Part shown: positions 1 through 6,774 of the stretch, one piece after another | How the letters are laid out: each line of letters begins with the position of its first letter | How positions within the stretch are numbered: the stretch's first letter is position 1 | From: Amoeboradix gromovi X-113 | Lineage: Eukaryota > Fungi > Sanchytriomycota | Direction: 5' to 3' | NCBI GenBank assembly: GCA_018985225.1 | Contig: JADGIF010000372.1 | Coordinates: 1-9,848, forward strand | Length of the DNA: 9,848 nucleotides | Notes under the pieces: model-generated | What the model was told of the DNA's origin: nothing | Databases searched by the model: none | Seen by the model: the letters and a program-made list of their open reading frames with translations, nothing else | Translations under genes and position numbers: made by a program

Positions 1-543
1 TTGCTTTTCAGAGTATCTTGTTGTTGTTCATCGTTATTTTAACAAAGTAAGACATCATTATGGGACGAGAACTTGTAGGAAATTATGACTTAGACGGTAT
101 CAAATAGAACAGAAAATAATGGATCTCATGTATAAAGAAGTTCAATGTGGACAAGTGATGGCGACCAATATGTCTTTTAATGATCATAAGAGAAAAAAGA
201 CACGATACACCAAAATTAAAAAGAATAAGAAGAAAGTCATTTATTATGGAGATGGGTCTTATAAACATAATAGCCATGGATGCGAATCTGTCATGAACAA
301 AAAGCTAGCTTATGCTTTATCTAAAAGGATCTTGGTAATCATTCTTGTTCGGGATGTCATCACTTGAATGAAGATAAACAATGGATTAAAATGCGCTCTA
401 GAAGACTTCGACTACGACAATGCAAACATTGCCTCGTAACGTTGGATCGAGATGTGAATGCTGTATATAATATTATGGAAGTAGTAGAACCTTATCTACT
501 TTTTAATGAAAAGCCTTTGTGGCAACAAAGGGTCGCTGCATAG
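1..543 (+). pseudogene. Fanzor1-like (eukaryotic TnpB) RNA-guided endonuclease, 3' half, disrupted; transposon remnant continuing past the left edge
   Basis: Frame +2 from base 2 reads CFSEYLVVVHRYFNKVRHHYGTRTCRKL*LRRYQIEQKIMDLMYKEV...KKVIYYGDGSYKHNSHGCESVMNKKLAYALSKRILVII, with a premature TGA at 86-88. Frame +1 then reads SCSGCHH...RQCKHCLVTLDRDVNAVYNIMEVVEPYLLFNEKPLWQQRVAA* (TAG 541-543). It has CxxC (346-357) and CxxC (421-432) zinc ribbon pairs, the RuvC-III motif DRDVNA (445-462), and a GDGS where canonical TnpB has its RuvC-II Glu. The DE..TS segment is missing at the ~340 frameshift. Confidence 0.85.
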
Positions 544-559
544 TGACATGATATTGGAC

Positions 560-650
560 CTATGTATTTCTACTACATTTGCCCCTAGTCTAGAAATCAT
601 AGAGTGCGTCCCACTCATCACAGAATTAGGGGAATTATTTGAAATTGAGA
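560..650 (+). ncRNA. Candidate Fanzor omegaRNA (scaffold ~560-632 plus flank-derived guide ~633-650)
   Basis: It lies directly downstream of the Fanzor stop. A 12-bp stem forms between CTATG(T)ATTTCTA 560-572 and TAGAAATCATAG 591-602. Its loop carries CCCCTA (582-587), complementary to TAGGGG (627-632), giving a potential pseudoknot. A second hairpin forms between GAGTG 602-606 and CACTC 612-616. Boundaries are inferred. Confidence 0.55.
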
Positions 651-962
651 ATGTCCGTTTTACGGCCAATAATATCATTAGCGCCGAGTAACAATATAAG
701 CTGCAAAGTGATAATTGTAGAAAAGATAAGCAACGCTACCTTTTTGGTTGCTGATAACACTGGATCAATTCATGCAGATGTCGCATATAAGTATTGTAAT
801 TATTTGAAAGTCGGTGATATAGTGGAGTTGAGAGGATACAACTGCAAGCAAATGATACAACAATCTTTGAAGTTACGATTTGATGATTTAAGTTTGATTT
901 ATAAAGTAGGTGAATACGTGATGTTATTCAAGGCTTTTCCAAACAGGACAGTGATTCAATAA
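651..962 (+). CDS. NABP2: SOSS complex subunit B / hSSB1-like single OB-fold ssDNA-binding protein (103 aa)
   Basis: Motifs FLVADNTGSI, LKVGDIVEL and KVGEYVMLFKAFPN match the NABP1/2 pattern (VADKTGSI, PGDIIRL, KIGEFCMVYSEVPN). The first ATG is at 651; the track's 639 start is TTG. The symbol denotes the family, since the NABP1 vs NABP2 paralog cannot be resolved. Confidence 0.75.
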   Translation: MSVLRPIISLAPSNNISCKVIIVEKISNATFLVADNTGSIHADVAYKYCNYLKVGDIVELRGYNCKQMIQQSLKLRFDDLSLIYKVGEYVMLFKAFPNRTVIQ

Positions 963-1262
963 TAAAACTAACTTTTCATGTTGAAATAAAAGCTATACCA
1001 GTTTACGAATGCTCTCCACTTTTATTTAAAAACTATTAAGTATTTTGCATCAATACCTACTAAGTAGATGATACACTGTAGAAAAAGTAACAACTTGTCA
1101 AGTAACTTCCCAAGTTGTCCCATACTGCTTAAGCTTTATACGGCTGCAAGTCACTGATCTAGACTAATCACTGTATGTGGCTAAGTTTTACGATTGTATA
1201 TAAACTGTGGAATTTAACCTAAATGTCATATTCTCTTGGCCTGTCGTTTTGAAACAAACAAC

Positions 1263-2575
1263 ATGTCTCACATATCGAACGCTTCTCACTTTGTTCGTCA
1301 GAATCGCATTGGGAAAGGCTCGTAATTAATTCTAACTTAGCTTTGGTAGTGTATATAAAGGATATAACTCAGAATCTGGTGAAACAGTCGCGATAAAGGT
1401 TATAAACCTTGAGCAAGCGGAAGACGAAATAGATGACATTCAGCAGGAGATTCAAATTTTATCTCAGTTGGATTGCCCTTATATTACAAAATTTTATGCT
1501 TCTTTTTTAGAAACTACAAACCTATGGATAGTGATGGAGTATGCTGCTGGTGGTTCGTGTCTTGATCTTTTAAAGACAATTGGGGGATTCGATGAGGTTT
1601 ATTCTTGCATTATTATAAGGGAAGTACTAAAGGGGCTAGAATATATTCATGGTCAACAAAAATTACATAGAGATATTAAAAGTGCAAACATATTGTTGAC
1701 AAGTGATGGTAGTGTAAAGATGGCTGATTTCGGTGTCAGTGGGCAAATCAGTGCAACAATGACAAAGAAGAATACCTTTGTGGGAACACCATTTTGGATG
1801 GCTCCCGAAATCATTAAGCAAGTGGGCTACGACTATAAAGCTGATATATGGTCATTAGGTATTACAGCAATTGAGCTTTGCAAGGCAGAGCCCCCACATG
1901 CAGACATGCACCCAATGCGGGTGCTGTTTATAATTCCAAAAAATGATGCACCCACGTTAGAGGGTGATTATAGCAAAGCATTTAAAGAATTTGTCAGTGC
2001 TTGTCTCCAGAAGGACCCGGAATTGAGACAGCCTGCCAAGGATTTGCTTAAACATAGGTTTTTAAAGAACGCTAGAAAAACTAGTTACTTGACTGAATTG
2101 ATTGAAAGAAGGGACAGAATAAAGGCTGACAACCCCAGTAAAGATGAAGATGACCAGCAGAGTGACGAAGAGCGGTATTTATTTTTTATGTAGTGAAATC
2201 GATATTGAATGGGATTTTGGTACTGTGAAAAAAGGAACTGTAAGAGCAAAGGCTAAGAATGTTGATATGAATGGAACCATTAAGCAGTCTGACTTACAAA
2301 TCACTGCACCGATTGTTGATTTTAGTCAAGATACTTTTGGCGGGAAAACTAGCGCAGATCAATATGGGACTATAAAGAAATCTTCAATCCGCGTTCCAGC
2401 AGACTCACCGGTTGTATTGTCACCTTCTGCAAAACAAAAGTTATCTGACGTTGTTATATCAACTTACCCTGGAGCTACGGTCAGCCAGGTTGATAATTTT
2501 TATGATTCATTGTACCAGATAGATTCTAGCGAGGATTGGAGCAGGCTGTTTATTAAACTATCTGATTTCAAGTAA
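1263..2575 (+). CDS. Ste20-family GCK-III Ser/Thr kinase (STK24/25/26, SvkA/Sid1-like); join(1263..1321,1341..2174,2194..2575), 424 aa
   Basis: Splicing restores [13 protein letters not shown] and [27 protein letters not shown]. The protein also has [14 protein letters not shown], the Ste20 signature [13 protein letters not shown] and a tail motif WDFGTVK. The spliced length of 1275 nt is divisible by 3. Confidence 0.92.
1322..1340 (+). other. 19-nt spliceosomal intron (kinase intron 1)
   Basis: GTAATTAATTCTAACTTAG has a CTAAC branch motif. Removal joins TC|C to give the GKGSFG glycine-rich loop; retention gives an in-frame TAA. Confidence 0.92.
2175..2193 (+). other. 19-nt spliceosomal intron (kinase intron 2)
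   Basis: GTATTTATTTTTTATGTAG. Removal joins the 1468..2193 frame to the 2144..2575 frame (SDEER|[12 protein letters not shown]). Confidence 0.85.
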
Positions 2576-2787
2576 ATTTATATTTATGAAAAATTAGACA
2601 TGACTTATCAAAAGCAATTGTTTCTGAGAAAATCAATAGTCCTACAGAGAAACTAACAAAGCCAGTTGCTCAAGCTTCTATTACCTGACAAGGCATTGAG
2701 CAAGGCTATATACAAGTAGTATTTGTTCCTTGCTACCATAAGTTCGCACTCCAAATTTAGTGCTGGTTGTACAGATTCTCTTTCTTG

Positions 2788-2982
2788 ATGTTGAGAGACG
2801 TTGAATATGTCTTGAGGAAGAGTGGGTTTGTATCAATCAGCGATTTATTTACGTTTGATATGCTGAGGTCTCGAGACCTGGACCCATTTCAACTGCTAAA
2901 AAGAAATAACATCGATATTTTTGCCATGGGAAGTATCTGCAAAAGAATCATCGGTGCAATAAAAGTTACGAAATCGCAATAA
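2788..2982 (+). CDS. Hypothetical 64-aa protein, weak SAM-domain-like pattern
   Basis: ATG at 2788 and stop embedded in AATAAA (2978-2983), like neighbouring genes. The pattern DVEYVLRKSGFVSISDLF...KRIIGAIK loosely resembles SAM helices 1 and 5. Confidence 0.3.
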   Translation: MLRDVEYVLRKSGFVSISDLFTFDMLRSRDLDPFQLLKRNNIDIFAMGSICKRIIGAIKVTKSQ

Positions 2983-3156
2983 ATGGTTTATTTAATTGAA
3001 TTCGATAGCAGACAGCTGGAAAAGAAATCGTTCTGCTTGTCTAAAAAGTGCTTCTATACTACTGCAGCTATTACACTTGGCATAATATCACTGAACAGAC
3101 TTTATATGGAATAATTTCCATAACTAGAACACAATCATAGCATAATAGTTACATCT

Positions 3157-4581
3157 TTATGCTATCGATGTTCCATCGAAGATATCGTCCTTGATTTCCC
3201 ACAATGATGATTTCTTATCCCAATTCTTAATATATTCTAGTTGCTCCTTAACTTTGGACATATTGACTGTCGGTTGCACTTTAGATATGCTTAGTCTACT
3301 AGTAAACTCCTGTAATTCTGTATAACTAGAATGCTCAGAGTATGGTACACTGTATATTAGGATGCTTTTAGATACTGTAGACGGTTTCCATATATCCCCT
3401 CCAAATGTCCATCCTGTTGGCATAATTCCTATAGCCTTTGTAAACCCTGATTGCTCGATGTAAGACGCCAATTTGTTGTAGTTGATTTCATTCATCTTCA
3501 AAACATGAACTTGAGAGCGAAAGTCATCCGTGATTACATCATCTATACTGTGAGACATAAAAGCCTTCCAGATCGCTGTCTTTTCTTTGTTAAGATATAT
3601 TTTGGAACTTAACAATTCTGCAATATAAGTAGCAATTTTTTCTTTTCCAATGGTATAAGAACCTACAGCAATCAGAATTTTATCTTCGTTTGTAATATTA
3701 AATACGCTGGGTATTTGTTTGACCGGTCTTGATTTTTGACCAAAATCTAATAAAGTTTGAGTTCGGGGTATTACTTTTGTTTTCTTACTGGGTCTGGTAA
3801 AATCAGAACCTAGCCCCAGGTTATATACCGCATCATACACTATATCTCCAATCTTACGAATAACAGAGCTTTGGTCTGGAAATGTGTACTTTGGATTTAA
3901 ATATGTAGTATCGAGAAACAGGTAATCCAAATACCTCGGAATCTTTTTGAGCATGTTAGGATGTGCTCTAAAGTCTCCGGTATGCAGAATTGTTAAATCT
4001 TTATTTGGTAGTTTATATAGAGCAAAACTATTGTTAATTGAGGACTTTGGGATTTCAAACAAAAATATTGCAGAGCCTGGACAGTGGTTACCATCTATTA
4101 AAGTCACTTTCACACCTTCAACTATAATAGGAACATTGAATTTCATGGGTATTATATAGTTGCTAGAAAGTCCAATTTTTAGCCGAACCAGATTAGCTGT
4201 GATTTCACTACAGTAGAGTTTGCTGTTAAACTTTTTACCTAATCCGCCATAGTGGTCAGAGTGATAATGACTTAAAAAATAGCAAGTGCATCCTTCAATA
4301 TTACCATATTTGAATGCATCCATTGTGAAGGTGGTACCAGGTATCTTTTTGTAAAACGGGCATTCTCTTTTTTTTTCTTTTGTGTAAGGAAGCTCCACTT
4401 CAATACTCTCACTCTGCCTAGGCTTTCCGAGTTTATTGCTTTTAAGAATAACGTGGTTACTCTCGGGCTCAGTAGTTAGATCAATAATTTCATTTGATTT
4501 TCCTAGCGGGGTTTCATTTGTCAAATCGATAAGTTCGTTAATTTTCTTTCTGAAAGCAAAAAATTTCAAGTTTGTTTGCAT
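3157..4581 (-). CDS. PSO2: DNA cross-link repair nuclease PSO2/SNM1 (DCLRE1A-like; metallo-beta-lactamase/beta-CASP), 474 aa
   Basis: Motifs CPFYKKIPGT, DAFKYG, FLSHYHSDHYGGL, NHCPGSAIFLF, LHTGDFRA, LDTTY, YTIGKE, PTGW and VPYSEHSS. The first ATG is at 4581; the track's 4587 start is GTG. Confidence 0.93.
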   Translation of the reverse strand: MQTNLKFFAFRKKINELIDLTNETPLGKSNEIIDLTTEPESNHVILKSNKLGKPRQSESIEVELPYTKEKKRECPFYKKIPGTTFTMDAFKYGNIEGCTCYFLSHYHSDHYGGLGKKFNSKLYCSEITANLVRLKIGLSSNYIIPMKFNVPIIVEGVKVTLIDGNHCPGSAIFLFEIPKSSINNSFALYKLPNKDLTILHTGDFRAHPNMLKKIPRYLDYLFLDTTYLNPKYTFPDQSSVIRKIGDIVYDAVYNLGLGSDFTRPSKKTKVIPRTQTLLDFGQKSRPVKQIPSVFNITNEDKILIAVGSYTIGKEKIATYIAELLSSKIYLNKEKTAIWKAFMSHSIDDVITDDFRSQVHVLKMNEINYNKLASYIEQSGFTKAIGIMPTGWTFGGDIWKPSTVSKSILIYSVPYSEHSSYTELQEFTSRLSISKVQPTVNMSKVKEQLEYIKNWDKKSSLWEIKDDIFDGTSIA

Positions 4582-4619
4582 AGCCACTCCGAGTAAAATT
4601 TATTTTTCTAACCGACAGC

Positions 4620-5550
4620 ATGATTTCGATTACCTTTTTAGTTCAGATTTTCAGAGATTTCGTATACACGGTTCTTCGTCATTTTCCCTACATCTCTAAG
4701 CCGAAATCTAAGAATTATTTGATCATTGGAGCTAGTTCTGGGATTGGTAGATCTTTGGTAGTACAGTTGGCAAAAAAAGCAAAAGAAGATGTTGGAATTG
4801 CGATTGCTTCTCGCAAAATTGATGAGTTGAACAGTCTCAAAAAAGAGATAGAAGCTAATTATCCCAAAGCGAAGGTTTTTGTCCGCAAATTTGACATCAC
4901 ACACTTTAATGATAGTGAATCATTGATGGAAGATTGCAGCAGAGCATTGGGCTCTATTGATACCTTGGTGATCAATGCAGGTATCAATGACATGCATAAA
5001 TTGGGCGACGAGGATTACTTTAAAAAGTCCAAGTCCATACTGGATACTAATTTGACTGGTCCTATTTCTGTTATTTCCGCCTTTGTCAAATACGCGAAAA
5101 AGATTCATATCGTCAATCCTTATATTGTTACGGTATCTTCTATTGCTTCTTCAAGAGTATTTTTTATTGATGTAGCCACTTCCTTGTCTCACGGTTTATG
5201 GAACGTCAAAGAGAGGATTGGATTTCTTTATCCAGGGAGTCCACAACGAGTTGTATTTAGACGGTTTTTGGACAACAAACGTAAGACCCGGGTTAATCTC
5301 AACTGCAATGAATAGTTGGTCAGATGATCTTCAATCTCCACTGGCAGTTAGTAGTGCTCGTGCTGCAAGAGATATCTCAAAAGCGATGGACGGAAGAAAA
5401 CAAAATGTTATTGTTCCCTATTTTTGGACATTCCTTATCCCACTGTACTATGTTATTCCTACTTTTTTGCTATCAAAATTATTTGACATCGAAGTAGATC
5501 CTATCAGATATGCTGAATTCCAAAAACACACTTACAATAAATCTTCTTGA
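4620..5550 (+). CDS. Short-chain dehydrogenase/reductase; join(4620..5156,5176..5550), 303 aa
   Basis: It has the Rossmann motif IIGASSGIGRSL, plus NAG and VSSIAS. The catalytic YGTSK and PGLIST motifs come into frame only after removing 5157-5175. The N-terminus is hydrophobic. Confidence 0.9.
5157..5175 (+). other. 19-nt spliceosomal intron (SDR)
   Basis: GTATTTTTTATTGATGTAG, phase 0. Removal gives SSIASSR|PLPCLTVYGTSK with correct Ser-to-YxxxK spacing. Confidence 0.9.
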
Positions 5551-5574
5551 TGATTCTACTTCTCCTGAAACTAG

Positions 5575-6759
5575 ATGACAGCCCATACCTACGATGATGC
5601 TTGGACAGTTATAGTTCTGGGTGATATAAGCCACTCACCTAGAATGTGCAATCATATCGACATGCTCCATAGATATTACAAAGTTCAGGTAATTTGTTAT
5701 GGTACTTTGGCTGGCACAGAATCCCATTCCCTGCCTACTTTCCAGTTTAACCATCTCTTTTTATTCTGGTCAGCTGTTAAATTCGCTCTTCAAGTATTGT
5801 ATCTCTTTTACTATCTAATCAGATATCCTACGACAAATATTTTGGTCCAAAATCCTCCATCAATTCAAGCACTTTTTTCGCTAACAATAATCAAGCTATT
5901 TTCTAACAAGTTCGTGGTTCTTGACTGGCACAACTTAGGCTATTCTATATTGCAGACCAGAACTGAAGGACCTATAATTGAAATTTATAAAAAGTTAGAA
6001 TTTACTCTAGCTAGGATAGCCAGTGTAAATCTCGCGGTATCAAATGAAATGTGTGAGTTTTTACGTAATACATGCGACCTCAGGAATGTTCAAGTGCTCT
6101 ACGATTATCCTCCAGAAACCTTCAAAGCCCTCGATCCTTCAGAGCAAACCCGATTTTGGCATACCTTAAGCAGCTATAGTGAGCTTTCCATTTTGCAAAG
6201 CATTGATGTTGAAAAAACAATAAAATTAGTTACAAGTACCTCATACACACCGGATGAGGACATATTCATGCTCTTAGACGCCTTGAACATGCTAGATGAC
6301 TATTTAAGAGATGAGATAGGCACCAAAGTCATAGTGTTTATAACAGGCAAGGGCCCACTACGTACCCAAGCTGAGTCAAGAATTAATAACTTAAGACTGA
6401 AGCATATTCAAATATGTTGCGTTTGGCTAAAATACGAAGATTACTCCAAGTTATTGGCTAGCTGCGACGTGGGTATATCATTGCACGCATCTAGCTCTGG
6501 ACTAGATCTTCCTATGAAAATATGGGATATGTTTGGGTGTGGATTACCAGTATTTGCGTTAGACTACAGAGCCCTTTACGAGTTAGTAGATCACAAGTAT
6601 GGATACACATTCCAAGACTCAAACAGTCTTTTTCGCTTGCTAGTGTCGCAAAATGATGGTTTATTTGATTTAACTGAATGCAAAAAACGAATTACGTTGG
6701 ACTTCAATACAAAACGATGGCCAAGAGAATGGCAAACAAAAATGCTGTCACTGATTTAA
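5575..6759 (+). CDS. ALG1: Chitobiosyldiphosphodolichol beta-1,4-mannosyltransferase (394 aa)
   Basis: Motifs VLGDISHSPRM, LVQNPPSI, DWHNLGYSIL, STSYTPDED, ITGKGP and GISLHASSSGLDLPMKIWDMFGCGLPV. Confidence 0.95.
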   Translation: MTAHTYDDAWTVIVLGDISHSPRMCNHIDMLHRYYKVQVICYGTLAGTESHSLPTFQFNHLFLFWSAVKFALQVLYLFYYLIRYPTTNILVQNPPSIQALFSLTIIKLFSNKFVVLDWHNLGYSILQTRTEGPIIEIYKKLEFTLARIASVNLAVSNEMCEFLRNTCDLRNVQVLYDYPPETFKALDPSEQTRFWHTLSSYSELSILQSIDVEKTIKLVTSTSYTPDEDIFMLLDALNMLDDYLRDEIGTKVIVFITGKGPLRTQAESRINNLRLKHIQICCVWLKYEDYSKLLASCDVGISLHASSSGLDLPMKIWDMFGCGLPVFALDYRALYELVDHKYGYTFQDSNSLFRLLVSQNDGLFDLTECKKRITLDFNTKRWPREWQTKMLSLI

Positions 6760-6774
6760 TAAAGTCATTTATTA
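6757..6774. terminator. Back-to-back stop codon/poly(A) signals of convergent ALG1 and MLH3
   Basis: TAATAAA-GTCA-TTTATTA: each strand reads TAATAAA, a TAA stop fused with AATAAA. Confidence 0.6.

Noticed and set aside
83-691. ORF-track entries 83..277(-), 496..678(-), 506..691(+)
   Set aside because: They are shadow frames over the Fanzor relic, the omegaRNA candidate and the NABP start, with no recognisable motifs.
2572-2597. Possible 26-nt third kinase intron (GTAAAT...AATTAG) extending the C-terminus to a TGA at 2686
   Set aside because: It lacks the YTDAY branch motif, its length is off the 19-20 nt mode, and the kinase is already of normal GCK-III length.
2643-2674. TACAGAGAAACTAACAAAGCC...TGCTCAAG resembles the U6 snRNA ACAGAGA region
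   Set aside because: The catalytic AGC triad reads AAC, and the flanking U6 sequence and internal stem-loop do not match; probably chance. An Rfam RF00026 scan would settle it.
2866-2879. Perfect 14-bp palindrome AGGTCTCGAGACCT
   Set aside because: One such palindrome per 10 kb is not far from chance, and there is no supporting context.
2590-3114. Alternative genetic code (TAA/TAG read as Gln, as in some aphelids and ciliates) to explain in-frame stops
   Set aside because: The long conserved genes have no internal TAA/TAG and end at TAA/TAG exactly where homologs end.
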